From Amphiscolops sp. MND2022 (taxonomy: Eukaryota), in NCBI GenBank assembly GCA_964187785.1, contig OZ076409.1, positions 91,886,001-91,950,000 of the forward strand: DNA of 64,000 nucleotides. Reading direction: 5' to 3'. Shown one piece after another: positions 25,612 through 38,600 of the stretch; positions within the stretch are counted from its first letter, which is position 1; each line of letters begins with the position of its first letter. The notes below the pieces were generated by a model that saw nothing but the letters and a program-made list of their open reading frames with translations, was not told the DNA's origin and ran no database searches. The position numbers and the translations under genes are program-made.

Positions 25612-25814
25612 CTGTGTTCGTGGTGAGGATGCTGGGAAGTGCCATTGAGGACTGTGCCTGTGACGGAGACGTTGTTGTTTGGTGACATCATCGAGGGGGT
25701 CTGCTGATGTTGGGAAACCCCTGGCCCAGATGCGTGCGATAGGTAGGAGCCAGCAGCGTTACTGCTGCTCACAGTAGAACGTCTCGTCAAAGTGCTGGAT
25801 GTTACCCGGATATC
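25612..25814 (-). CDS. MARK: MARK spacer exon: DIRVTSSTLTRRSTVSSS...HPHHEH
   Basis: ttccag|GAT...CAC AG|gtatcc; 203 nt, phase 0-2. Confidence 0.85.
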
Positions 25815-25849
25815 CTGGAAACCAGCAAAACGTTACTACTAAATGAATA

Positions 25850-26004
25850 CTGTCAACTTCAGATAATTCGTATTCGGATAATTTGTACGTATCTGAGACC
25901 CCCATTTCGTGACGACCAAAGTAATATCAATCGGTTAATTCGTATTTCTCACTTCGCACTATTTTATTTGGTCCCTAGCGATACGAATTAGATGGATTCG
26001 ACTG
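25850..26004. mobile_element. Short TA-flanked MITE (Tc1/mariner type), decayed
   Basis: Imperfect TIR C[A/T]GTC...TAATTCGTAT, flanked by TA. Confidence 0.5.
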
Positions 26005-26732
26005 TACTTTGAAATCCTTGGAACTACTGAGAAACTATATTTGACAATAAAAGATTCGTTAGTCACATCTCTACTCTTGACATCATATTTGTTATCCGCT
26101 TTCGTACTTGACTTCCACGACTGTCATTGACACTGTCAAAAATCGGACAACTTTCCATCCAGTTTCCAGGGCAGACGAACTTTTTACGGGGACAACAAAG
26201 TACAATCCAATTCCATTAATTCTTCGATATCACGAAAGAGCAAGATTTAGTAAAAATGAGATTAGGATCAAACTTTTAAATCTCTTTTCCAGTTATATCA
26301 CGAAAGAGCAAGATTCAGTAAAAACGAAAGATATGGATCCGATTTTCAAATGTTTTTCCAGTTACGTTAACCAACCTTAGAGGAATCAGATACGCCAATC
26401 AAGAGCTATTATGAGCTGAAGCAACTGGAACAATAGATTTATTAGAAAAAAGAAACACTTTTAAATTAAAGATCTTTTTGCAATTCCCCAAGTCTTCTAA
26501 GATCTTGTAACTTTATAAGAGTTTCTAGAAAGACCCACGAAAATCAAAAGTCAACTTAACATAATTGTGTCTCCTCTAAAGTATTTGAAACTTTTCAATC
26601 AGCTTTACCTAGATGAACGTACTCCAATTAACGTATAAAGAAGTAGTCCTGAATGCTGTAGTCAATGACAGTAAAGTTGTTTCCTCTTTCTCAATCTGGC
26701 GACTAGATGGTAATAGATATATTAAAACGTAC

Positions 26733-27067
26733 TTGATGAGGATTTTGACTGCTCCCCGTTACAGAACTATTTCCACTCCTGTGGGATGATGTGGGGGTTC
26801 CATATCCAGATGATGACGTCATGTTTCGAGGCCCGGCGTCCTGCTGGTAGCGACTAGAAGTACTTGTGGAAAGGGAGTTGCCACCAGTGTTTATGCCCGA
26901 AGATGCGTTTGATGTCATTGAGTGATGATCAGCGTTGAGAGAATTGGGGACTCCGGAAACAGCTCTAGTTTTGGAGGACGTTACTCCTCCCATAATGGAT
27001 TGTTGCTGGTCCGTGCTTCTAGTGTTGCTGTCCGCTGTCGTTGGCCTTCTTGGTGTGGCGTAGGTGC
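26733..27067 (-). CDS. MARK: MARK spacer exon: (S)TYATPRRPTTADSNTRS...SSQNPHQ
   Basis: gtatag|GC...CAA|gtacgt; 335 nt, phase 1-0; Ser/Thr/Gly-rich. Confidence 0.85.
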
Positions 27068-30000
27068 CTATACAGGGAATCATTCTACATAATCTCAACA
27101 AGCAGACAGGTCATGCGAACGAACAAGTGCCACCTCCAGCTTAAGAGTGAAAAAATCATCAGAAAAGGTCTTGTTTTGCGGCAACTGCAACTTTTCAACT
27201 AGAGGTGGCAATAAATGTTGAACAACTGCAACTTACAGTACAGACGGAGGACCGGGATGCTTGCATAGACACGACCCTAACAAAGGACTTTGGCGAAAAA
27301 ATTCTAAATTATATTACGCCATCCTCAGTGAGAGGATCACTTGAGAGTTCCTAACAACAACATTGAAAGATAGGAAGAACAGACCACGTACTTTCCCAAT
27401 TTGGCATGATATGGTTGCTAAAAAGAAAAAATTGAACCGAGAATCTAGGCAACTAAATAACTCATGCAATAAAATTAAACATTCACCGGACGCCCAAAAG
27501 TGTGATTGATTACAACAGGTTAGGACGTGGAATGGGTGATATGATACCTAACATTTTCATTTTTTTCCACACGAATAGCAAATTCAGGTCGCTTTGCTGC
27601 ACTTTTTTGATTTTGATTTAAAAAACTTCGATTCAAGCAAATCCGTGCTTCACTAACACTTGTGCAAGGCTCACGGATTGCAAACCTAACTGGATACTTA
27701 ACAAACCGGGAATGGCATTAGTCGGCTCTTTGGGCTTTAAAAGACGTTTTCTAACAGAGAACAAAGAAACCAAAGCATGGTGAACACTTTTGTGGAGTGA
27801 AAAGATCAAAAACATGGGTCAGCATATGCTATGACGTAAGCTGATTGGCAGATAAGGCCTCTTGAAGTTTCGAGTTATGCTCAACAATGTTTTCCAAGAA
27901 AGCTTTTCGGTCACGTAAAATGTATAGAAGCTTGGTTGAAAACCCACTACTTTGTTTCCAAGAGCGATAAGCGCATGTGAGGCAGAGGACTTCGGAAAAA
28001 ATTCGGGTGCGCTTATCCTTTCTATAACACGATAGTTACAAGAAAGTTCACTTTTTCAAATCATAAATAGCCAAAATCAAACAGTTTTTTCTCTAACTCG
28101 AACCATCAAAAAAAATTGGAGCACATAACCGGAAAAACAGTAGGTCTCTTCCACTGTTCTTGAGAAAACTCAGTTCAACAAGACCAAAAAATAACCAAAA
28201 GGTCACGCTTAGGACTGGGAAAACTGTTTTGTTCGACAGAAAACCTCAAAAAAATGTTCAGAAAATTTTGCAAAAAAATTCATCGGTAAGTCGCACAGCG
28301 CCAAAGGTCCATATGGGGACCCTCTATGCTCACAAAGCGCTTTGGGGTTCGGTTAAAAAAATCAGAAAGTAGCAGTGCTGAAAAAAACCAAAGGGGGCCC
28401 TTAGGACTCACCTCAGCTTTTGCAAGCATAATAAATTCATTGGAGCGCAGGATTCGAAAGGCCAGTAAAAAATTGTTTCGATGGAATTACAACTGTTTTC
28501 GTAGTTTATTTTGCGGCAGTATCTTTCGTTTCGAAAACGAATGAAAATTTGAAGTTATAAGTTTTGGCATTTTTAGTACGCAATGTCTCAAAATGATTGG
28601 TCAAAAAAAACTCCCTCGATCATTTTTGTAGCCTTGACACCGTTCTTTAACTTTTTTATTCAACATTTTTTCTGAAAATGTTTACTTGAAAACTGAACAG
28701 CCAAAAACAGTTGAAACATTATTTTCAAAGTAAAAAACTCATTTCGTGATCATTTTGTGGTGTAAATTTCTGAGGAGGGCGTTTGCAGAAAAAATGTCGG
28801 TGAAAAGTTTGAGATCTCAATCACAGGTACAAATTTTGCCGCTTACATTTTTTGCCACGAACAGCAGTTTTCGAGATATTGCATGTTAACTTTCAGAAAG
28901 TGACAAAATTCAGAAAAGAACGTGTAATTCTGATCCGACTTTAGGAAAATTTTGGATATTTGTCAGCAAAATAAAGTGTCTTCACCTTTTCGGTACCATA
29001 CCATAGTGTATGTCTGGGTTTTTTTCGAAATATCAACACTTCCAACAAAAAGAGCAATTCAGAACTTGAGCAAAAACGAGCTTACCCGATTATGAAGAAA
29101 CATGTAGTAAAAGATGTTTATACTGTAAATGTATAAAAGACTTCTTTGTAGCGTAAAATACCAAGGAGAGCATAATTTTGAAACGTGCAGACATTATATT
29201 TTTCCATAAACATGTATTCAAATTCACTCTCGAAGTCACTTCCGAAAAAGGTTAAGATTTAAAATTCACACCACATTAACAAGTAAATGGGAGGCAGACC
29301 ATTGTTGTTTTTCACTGTACTCCAAATAACAAGCTCAACGGTTGTGCATATAAATACAAGTACATACGATGATAAGATTGCATTGAAATGACTATAACGC
29401 AAACGAATTTTTGTCAGATCAGACAAATGCAAGATAGGAGTGGTTCTCAGCATGTGAAACTCAGTTTTATGTTTGAAAATAAAACGATTTCGAATGCTTT
29501 TTTTTCAATGGAGCATTTTTTCTGTGGAATTCGGGCTCTACAGCCACCAAATGAGACTGCAAGTCAAGAAACCTAACCCGAGCCGCATGTGTGGTGAAGT
29601 AGTCGGAAAAGGATTAGAATATTGAAAAACAAATTACATACTTAATTGTCATTTGATCTTTTTTTGACTAATTTTGGCTATGTTTTTTAGATCCCAGTAA
29701 TTCGATTTTGATGGCATTACACACACAGGAGCACCTTTGGGCGTGGAATGACTGTGCTAAATTTCATAAAAATCATATGGACAGTTTTTGAGAAATTTGA
29801 AAATTTTATTGAAAGGTAGGGAGAAAAAAGATACGATTGCAGAAGTAGTCGCAATTTTTCCAACTCCTAAAAAAGCATAGATGTTTTGAAATTCAGAGAC
29901 AGTGACAATTAAAAATCATAGTAAATTCTCCCTTCTGAAATTCTCTACCCTTAATTCTTTAATATGTAGTGTAGTAAAATTGTCCGTTTTAAATGTTATC

Positions 30001-30098
30001 TAAGTTTTAGAAGATGAACTGAGGGAAAGATGCGGACTCGAGGCGTTTCAGAGTATTGTGAAAATAGAACGACGTTCAGAATTACAAATACAGGTGAG

Positions 30099-31102
30099 AA
30101 CAAGACGGGAACGTTTAAAGTCGGCGCTATATCTAAGGCTCAAAAAGCGCAAGACTTTTTTTGAAAAAAAAACTTGAAATGTTTGAATTTTTTTCTTTCA
30201 GAAAATGTCGCATAGTGCCGAAAAATGTAAAAGGGGGAACCCTTTGGGCTTTATTAACATATATTCTGTTGCAAAATGTCACAAAACTCGAAAGGGGGAC
30301 TCTTTTGAGACATTAAAAAATTTTCGAAAAAAGTCGCACAATGCCGAAAAAAATCGAAAGGGGGACCCTTTAGTCTCGTCCGGTTTTGTAGGTTACGTTA
30401 AAATAGTAAAAAAACGAAAGGGGGGACCCTTTTGCACTAATTTCCTCCGCTGACCGGACTTGGCCTTATGGTAGTAGTTTCGATTGTAAGAAAAGTGGTC
30501 CAATCAGAGTGAGATTGTAGTCTCACGAAAAAAAAAGAAAAACAAGACGGGAACGTCTAAAGTCGGCGCTATATCTAAGGCTCAAAAAAGCGCATTTTTT
30601 AAAATTTGTTAAAGGGGGGACCCTTTCGACAAAGTTGAGGGGGGACCCTTTGGAGACATTTAAAAAATATAAAAATTTTTTGAAAAAATTTTCGAAAAAA
30701 AAACGAAAAATGAGATTTTTGAAACAGTCTCATAGTGCCGAAAAACTAGAAAGGGACCCTTTGGGCTTTTTGAAACTGCAGTTTGCTGCAAAATATCAAA
30801 AAACTTGAAGGGGGGACCCTTTGGCGACAAAAAAATTTCGAAAAAAAGTCGCACAGTGCCGAAAAAAAATTGAAAGAGTCGCACAGTGCCGAAAAAAATT
30901 GCTCGAAAAAGTTTCTGGCTAAAGCAAGGACTCGAACCCGTGACCGCTGGGTTCACCGTAAACCGAGTACTGACGAGTACATGTTAGCGAGAGTGAAATC
31001 TGTAAAAAGTGGTACATACGCGATGAGGTCTGTGGTCTGACGAAAAAAAAACTAGCCACTGTAAGTGTCGGGCACTTTTCCATAGAAAAGCGCCGACTAA
31101 AA
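30099..31102 (-). mobile_element. Two head-to-tail HINE/DINE-1-like elements (30099-30540 and 30541-31102)
   Basis: Both begin AACAAGACGGGAACGT.TAAAGTCGGCGC on the + strand. The second ends in the hairpin GTCGGGCACTTTTC...GAAAAGCGCCGACTAAAA. Confidence 0.82.
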
Positions 31103-31484
31103 ATTGAACTCGCATCTCAAAAAGATCTTGACAAAAATCATGTGCAAAACAATGCAAAATTATCCGCAAAATTATTCAATAGAATCATTAATGACTTCAA
31201 ACCACACACACACACAACAGAAAATGACATTTGATGAATGCAAATGAAACAGTCAAGTTGAGGTACACACGTGAAAAGAAACAATCGAGACATACACATA
31301 GGGCTTCCAGGAGAAGTTTTGAGCGCTTTTTGCAAGAAATGGAGAACTTTTTCATTGCAAGCAGAAATATTATGGGCAGATATTTACAAATCCGGAAGAT
31401 TTGATTTATTAACGTTCTCAATTCAGTTCAATTCAACATCTAAACAACGGTTAAGGCGCCAAGATTCACCTGGAAATCCTCAAT

Positions 31485-31842
31485 CAGGGTTTTGACATCG
31501 CTAATTGATTCCGGTAATCGCTAAATAGCTCATTTAAAAATCGCGCTTTCGCTGAAAATATATTTCTCCAAACTATTAATTGTTTGACTTCAACTATCTT
31601 TAAAAACTGAATGATAACCTAATTTAGTTTTGCAAAAAAAACGACTGGATTTTTTAAATAATGTATTGGTTTTACATGGGTAAGACTAAATGGGTATTTT
31701 TTTAAAAATTAATCTTGAAACCCCAGGTAAGATTTTGATGAAAGTTGATGATTTTTGACATTCTATTAGTTAGAGCTAATTTGAATCGCTGAAAAGTTTT
31801 TGCGCGGCCGCTAATTAGCTAATTAGCGGTGTCAAAAGTCTG
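31485..31842. mobile_element. MITE family A copy
   Basis: CAGGGTTTTGACATCGCTAA...TTAGCGGTGTCAAAAGTCTG; homologous to 1670-1997. Confidence 0.75.
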
Positions 31843-32303
31843 ATGCTGATAGACCCAGATTTCTATTCCATAAATGAATCTAGGAAAACTCGTCGAAAAG
31901 CAACTCTCCGAAAATTCTCCGGCGGATAAGTCGACGCAAGTATAGAAAATTATCTCAGCCAATTATAGTGCCAACTTTGTGATTGCACATTATGAAGTTC
32001 TGATTTATTATGAAGTAATACATTGTAAACTATAAAAGTGAAAAATTTCAAGCAATTATATAACTAAAAAAAGCTTTATCATGTGTAAAACTGAAATTTT
32101 CACGCATCAATTAAGGAAAAATAATCCATAATTAGCAGGGGTAGTCCCTGTGAGTAATTTGTAATTATTCGACGAGTTTGCACCAACTTATTATATTCGA
32201 TAAGTTAATTTTCGACGCTTTAATTTCGACGAGTTGCATTCGGCGAGTTGTTTTGGACGAGTTTTCCGAATACCTCCTTATATGGAATAATAAGTTGACT
32301 TAC

Positions 32304-32463
32304 TGGTAGCAGGACCTCCTGAAGCCGCGGCGGCACTAGAAGAGGCGGTTGCAGAGGACCTGTCGCCCCCAGTGCTGTACCTGCGGGACAGGCCGCTCTT
32401 AATATTACTTGACGCTGAGCTGCTGCTGCCGCCGCCGGGAAGGGATGCATTGAGATTGGTGGC
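32304..32463 (-). CDS. MARK: MARK spacer exon: ATNLNASLPGGGSSSSASSNIKSGLSRRYSTGGDRSS...GGPAT
   Basis: Long pyrimidine tract + ctag|GCC...ACC A|gtaagt; 160 nt, phase 0-1. GC-rich island that is frame-compatible with the next exon. Confidence 0.82.
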
Positions 32464-33975
32464 CTAGAAGGAGTTAAGAAGATAGGGAAAGTGAGATGAG
32501 CGGTAGAGCAAAGCAGAACAAGAAAGTAGACACTTGAACCCAAACTACCAAACGTAGAAGCTAATCACCACCACAGGCAAACACTACCTCATTTCCTTCA
32601 ACCCAAAACTTCAATTCCAGTCAGGAGCATTTTAATATGGTTTTGTTTGGATTTTACATCATGGATTGCTGACAGTCTCGATAAATGGGAAACAGCCCAT
32701 GTAAGACTTATTATGAATTTGTTTTGAATTGAATCTTGTAATTCACATTTCATCAAAAACTGCAACATTGAATAGCACTTGTGCAAAGAAAAAAATTTTC
32801 GACATGTAATCCTTTTGTACATTCCACTCAATATTTGTCTTAATCAATCAAGAACTTCGTCATGACTCAGAATGCTGGAAGAGATCAACTATATTCACAT
32901 TTGATGGTTCAAATTTGGTGTAATGCAATAATTGGAACAAAATAGAAGCACTTAATTTCACAAAAGCCATGCAACCCCATAGTTCACAACTCTACAGCAT
33001 CAACTAAAGTATTTTTCACAACCAAGTTCGTTGTTCTTTCGCCACATGATTCGTTGTGTATTTCACACGGAACAACCTTGTTGAGACTCTTCAGTTATTC
33101 ACTGCGTAATGTATGGTCACAGTCAAATGATCATGAGATTGAAGGGTTCAACTCGGCGGTTTTTGCCCGAGTCTAAAGATCTCGAACTAAACTATTTTAC
33201 ATGGTTAGATCAGTTGTGACAATATTTTGGATGCGTGAAACGTAAATGAAAATCATGAGTTTGTTAGTATGTTTTGGTGATAATGTAAGTTGACTGGGGT
33301 TGAATCCAGCTAGAAGTCATGAGAATCTACCTCTACTGTCAGTAATGAAACGAGAATTGAATTCAACTAATGAAAGCTCCAAAAATATTTCAGAATCAGA
33401 AGCAACTCAAAGATTCGAAGCGAAAAAATAACTTAGTCATTTTTGGCATTCCAACACGCATTTCAAATCACTTTTTTCAGATCAGATAAACTTCTATAAT
33501 AGCTTGAACTTTGATCTTCTTAATTTTCAATATAAGATTCGATTTAATCATATTAGCTTTGGAGCAATTTCGTTGCTACGTCAATTGGACATACGTTTTT
33601 TAGCGACCACTTGGTGATCAAGCAAGAGCCCAGTCACAACCCAAACCATGCACTTCTACGGGTTTACAGATCAAACCAGGGGGAAAAACTTCGCTGCTTT
33701 TGAGTCACTGCCGCCTCGAGCCTATGTGCAAGATGTTTAACTTCCATCCCAATGTTCACTTTACTAAGCGAAACTTGGAACCAAAAATTGTGATTTCATT
33801 TTCAGCGTAACTTGTGCATCGCATGAAGCATCCCGGATCTCCAGTTAAGCTGATAAGTCAGAGGCTGTTTTCAGCTCCGAATTGGTGGGCCAACTCTGCA
33901 GATGTTGACTGTACTGAGTTGCAGTTGTTGACAACCTAAATTGATGTTATATACAGACTACAGAGTGAGGGATAC

Positions 33976-34237
33976 CTTCACTGGTACGCCTTTGCTTAGG
34001 ACCGGCCCCGGGGTTGGCCATGGAGTAAGACCTGTTGACCGAAGCCGTCATGGTAGAGGTTGCAGAAGGCGGGTGCTGTGAGGGGTGAACTGCTTTGTTC
34101 ACTATAGACGAGGTGACGCTTGTGGTTGTGGATCCAGGGGCATTCGCTGATAGGATAGAGGCGGCGGACATCGAGGGCGGGTTTGTGTTAGGCAATGCTT
34201 CGAGTGTCCCGGTCCCTCGGTAGTCAAGGTTTTCTAA
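33976..34237 (-). CDS. MARK: MARK spacer exon: LENLDYRG...VNRSYSMANPGAGPKQRRTSE
   Basis: tgcag|TTA start, phase 0. Resembles MARK2 VQRSVSANPKQRRFSD. The donor G|gtatcc (phase 1) is the best guess and its position is uncertain. Confidence 0.82.
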
Positions 34238-34883
34238 CTGCACATGTTCAAAAACTACTCAACCCTCCAGCGGCAACGTCAAATGACAACGAATTCCCAC
34301 TTACATTTCGAACTCATTTAGGCAGTGGGTCTGATGGCGCGCATAACTGGTTTTGATCTTGCAACATGATTATTTATTTGCAAAAAACTGTCAAGACATA
34401 AGTTTCGGTATAATTTTGCAAATTTGAAACTTCCTTTCGAGTTAGAATGGAGTTAAGAAGTACGATGGGTTATAAGGGCATTTTTCGCAGGTCTAATACT
34501 CCAGTAGCAAATACACAATGGTTGATCGGCGGTTCCTTTCATTAAGCATACATGTTTATAAAAGTACATTTTTATAAAAGTGGCACAGACATTTGGAACA
34601 GTGGTGAATCATTACGGAAACTGTCACATGGAAGCCAATGCTTCTGGGTGGTAGTCTTTCTAGGTTTCCATATTAATTTTGAATCCAACTATACTCAGCA
34701 AAAATGACACGAGTTTTCTTGAATTTCATCACCTCTGCATATAGCCCTTTTAGGACTAATCCGAAATGAACAACTACTGACAAGGGCATTATTTTGCCAC
34801 TAACGACCTTTTCGGACACTTTCTCACAAATTTTACATAAGAGAACTTAATCAAAGGACATGTGACTAGCTTCATGAACTTAC

Positions 34884-35002
34884 GTCACTAGTAGTTCTTC
34901 TGCCGAGAATGTGATAAAACGCATAGCTTTCGTCAAACTTGCGATCCCTCACACTTGCTTCTACTTCGTTGTGTGGTAGGTTTAGTCTCGATGAAATCAC
35001 AT
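34884..35002 (-). CDS. MARK: MARK UBA-domain exon: DVISSRLNLPHNEVEASVRDRKFDESYAFYHILGRRTTSD
   Basis: ttctag|AT...GAC|gtaagt; 119 nt, phase 1-0, frame-compatible with the previous exon. Resembles the MARK UBA (K[FY]D...A.Y.[IL]LG). Confidence 0.9.
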
Positions 35003-35144
35003 CTAGAACAGCAAATGAAACCACGTCAATCTCACTTATCTTGGCACCACAGCTGAAGTTATCCAACGTACCTTGTTTACCTGATTCTCAGCTCAAATGT
35101 CAAGGCAACAACTGAATAGGGTGAAAACTAGTTTTTTAATAGTG

Positions 35145-35645
35145 TTTTTAGTGAAAAGTGCTTTTCTAGTGAAAAGTGCCCGACTCTTACAGTGGCTAGT
35201 TTTTTTATTATTTCTTTTTTTTCGTCAGACCACAGACCTCATCGCGTATGTACCACTTTTTACAGAAACTGATAAAACTACTCAGGCCAAGTCCGGCCAA
35301 TGCAAACTTAGTGCAAAGGGTCCCCCTTTCATTTTCAACCTTTTTTACGTAACCTACAAAACCAGAAGAGACTAAAGGGTCTCCCCTTTCATTTTCTTCG
35401 GCACTGTGCGACTTTTTTCGAAAATTTTTTCATGTCTCAAAAGAGTCCCCCTTTCGAGTTTTTTGATATTTTGCAACAGGATATATGTTAATAAAGCCCA
35501 AAGGGTCCCCCCTTTTACATTTTCCGGCACTATGCGACATTTTCTGAAAGAAAAAAATCAAAAATTTCAAGTTTTTTTTTAAAAAAGTCTTTTGCGCTTT
35601 TTGAGCCTTAGATATAGCGCCGACTTTAGACGTTCCCGTCTTGTT
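35145..35645 (+). mobile_element. HINE/DINE-1-like element
   Basis: Ends GCGCCGACTTTAGACGTTCCCGTCTTGTT (subterminal repeat, hairpin, T-rich end). Inverted relative to 30099-31102. Confidence 0.82.
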
Positions 35646-38600
35646 AACTAGTTATAAAAATCGGATAATTATAAAAAAATCCGATAAAAATAGGGTTGGG
35701 CAGAAAAAATTGAATTACGTGTAATTCAGTGACAAAATAAAAAAACTTCGTTATTTATTCAGAACTTTGAAACAAAAAGTTTTCCCGCTTTGTGAACACA
35801 CTTTCCGACGCTCAGTTGAAAGATTACGTAAGGTAATGATTACGTAATCGGAGTATGTCAGCAAAGTTGAATAAACTAAGGATTTTATGAAAAAAGCTGA
35901 TAGCCTTCCGATTTATCAATCGGTTAGCTGACCAATCGCCTAATTGAGCTAGACCCGATCAGGCCTGCAAGCGTCGTATTTGATTTCAATCAGTGATAAT
36001 GAAAACTGAGCTTGATAATTATCTTGATTTTTATCATTGATACTTATCAATTGATTTTTATCTAACAACACTAGTTTTTAATTAACAATTGCGGCTTGAA
36101 CATTAACAAGCCGGGAACGGCATAAGTCGACGCCATATCTAAGGCTCAAAAATAGCAAAAGGACATGAAAGTGTCAAAGTATTGAATTGGGGACCCTTTT
36201 GATGAAAAAAAATTGAAAAGTCTCAATGCCGAAAAGACTGAAAGGGGGGACGTTTTGGGATTTTTCAACATCCATTGTTGCAAAACATCAAAAAATTGAA
36301 GGGGGACCCTTTGGGGAATTTTCTCAAAAAAGTCACAATGCGGAAAAAAACTGAAAGGGACTGAACCTTCAGTCTCGCCCGGTAATGTATGTTACGCGGA
36401 AAAACAGGAAAAACCTTTGTGGTTCAGTTCGCTAGGCGAGATGGTTCAATTTGACACCATAATATTTCGTAGAACATTTGAAGAACTATTTTGGTCAGTT
36501 CGTGTGGATTGAAAAACAGTAACTATAATAGTCGCGTTCCAGTTCATGAAGCGCCGATTAAAAATAAATGCAATGGCAAAACACCAAGAAAATTGAACGG
36601 TATGGTACCAGGGTTATAAAAGGGGGACCCTTTGGGCTTTATTGACATATTCTGTTGCAAAATATCAAAAAACTCGAAAGGGGGACTCTTTTGAGACATT
36701 AAAAAATTTTCGAAAAAAAGTCGCTGAATGCCGAAAAAAAATCGAAAGGGGGGACCCTTTAGTCTCGTCCGGTTTTGTAGGTTACGTTAAAATAGTAAAA
36801 AAAAAACGAAAGGGGGACCCTTTTGTACTAACTTCCGCTGACCGGACTTGGCCTTATGGTAGTAGTTTTAGTAGTTTCGATTGTAAGAAAAGTGGCCCAA
36901 TCAGAGTGAGATTGTAGTCTGACGAAAAAAAAGAAAAAAACTAGCCACTGTAAGTGTCGGGCACTTTTCCCTAGAAAAGCGCCGACTAAAAACACATTTA
37001 AATATATTTCGAAGGAAAAATACCTTCATAAATCCCTTAAAAAATAAGTATATAATTTATCCAATTTTAGCAACAACGTTATCAACATTTTGAATGTTCC
37101 ATAAACGTTTGTTACCATACAGGAAGACTTGTTGAAGAGACGCTCTACAATATTAGAAGTGCCAGGAATCCTACAAAACCAGAAGAGACTAAAGGGTCTC
37201 CCCTTTCATTTTCTTCGGCACTGTGCGACTTTGTTCGAAAATTTTTTCATGTCTCAAAAGAGTCCCCCTTTCGAGTTTTTTGATATTTTGCAACAGGATA
37301 TATGTTAATAAAGCCCAAAGGGTCCCCCCTTTTACATTTTCCGGCACTATGCGACATTTTCTGAAAGAAAAAAATCAAAAATTTCAAGTTTTTTTTAAAA
37401 AAGTCTTTTGCGCTTTTTGAGCCTTAGATATAGCGCCGACTTTAGACGTTCCCGTCTTGTTAACTAGTTATAAAAATCGGATAATTATAAAAAAATCCGA
37501 TAAAAATAGGGTTGGGCAGAAAAAATTGAATTACGTGTAATTCAGTGACAAAATAAAAAAACTTCGTTATTTATTCAGAACTTTGAAACAAAAAGTTTTC
37601 CCGCTTTGTGAACACACTTTCCGACGCTCAGTTGAAAGATTACGTAAGGTAATGATTACGTAATCGGAGTATGTCAGCAAAGTTGAATAAACTAAGGATT
37701 TTATGAAAAAAGCTGATAGCCTTCCGATTTATCAATCGGTTAGCTGACCAATCGCCTAATTGAGCTAGACCCGATCAGGCCTGCAAGCGTCGTATTTGAT
37801 TTCAATCAGTGATAATGAAAACTGAGCTTGATAATTATCTTGATTTTTATCATTGATACTTATCAATTGATTTTTATCTAACAACACTAGTTTTTAATTA
37901 ACAATTGCGGCTTGAACATTAACAAGCCGGGAACGGCATAAGTCGACGCCATATCTAAGGCTCAAAAATAGCAAAAGGACATGAAAGTGTCAAAGTATTG
38001 AATTGGGGACCCTTTTGATGAAAAAAAATTGAAAAGTCTCAATGCCGAAAAGACTGAAAGGGGGGACGTTTTGGGATTTTTCAACATCCATTGTTGCAAA
38101 ACATCAAAAAATTGAAGGGGGACCCTTTGGGGAATTTTCTCAAAAAAGTCACAATGCGGAAAAAAACTGAAAGGGACTGAACCTTCAGTCTCGCCCGGTA
38201 ATGTATGTTACGCGGAAAAACAGGAAAAACCTTTGTGGTTCAGTTCGCTAGGCGAGATGGTTCAATTTGACACCATAATATTTCGTAGAACATTTGAAGA
38301 ACTATTTTGGTCAGTTCGTGTGGATTGAAAAACAGTAACTATAATAGTCGCGTTCCAGTTCATGAAGCGCCGATTAAAAATAAATGCAATGGCAAAACAC
38401 CAAGAAAATTGAACGGTATGGTACCAGGGTTATAAAAGGGGGACCCTTTGGGCTTTATTGACATATTCTGTTGCAAAATATCAAAAAACTCGAAAGGGGG
38501 ACTCTTTTGAGACATTAAAAAATTTTCGAAAAAAAGTCGCTGAATGCCGAAAAAAAATCGAAAGGGGGGACCCTTTAGTCTCGTCCGGTTTTGTAGGTTA

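Noticed and set aside
30099..31102. CRISPR-like or regularly spaced repeat array
   Set aside because: Units are irregular, diverged and bounded by transposon-type ends in a eukaryotic intron; no cas genes.
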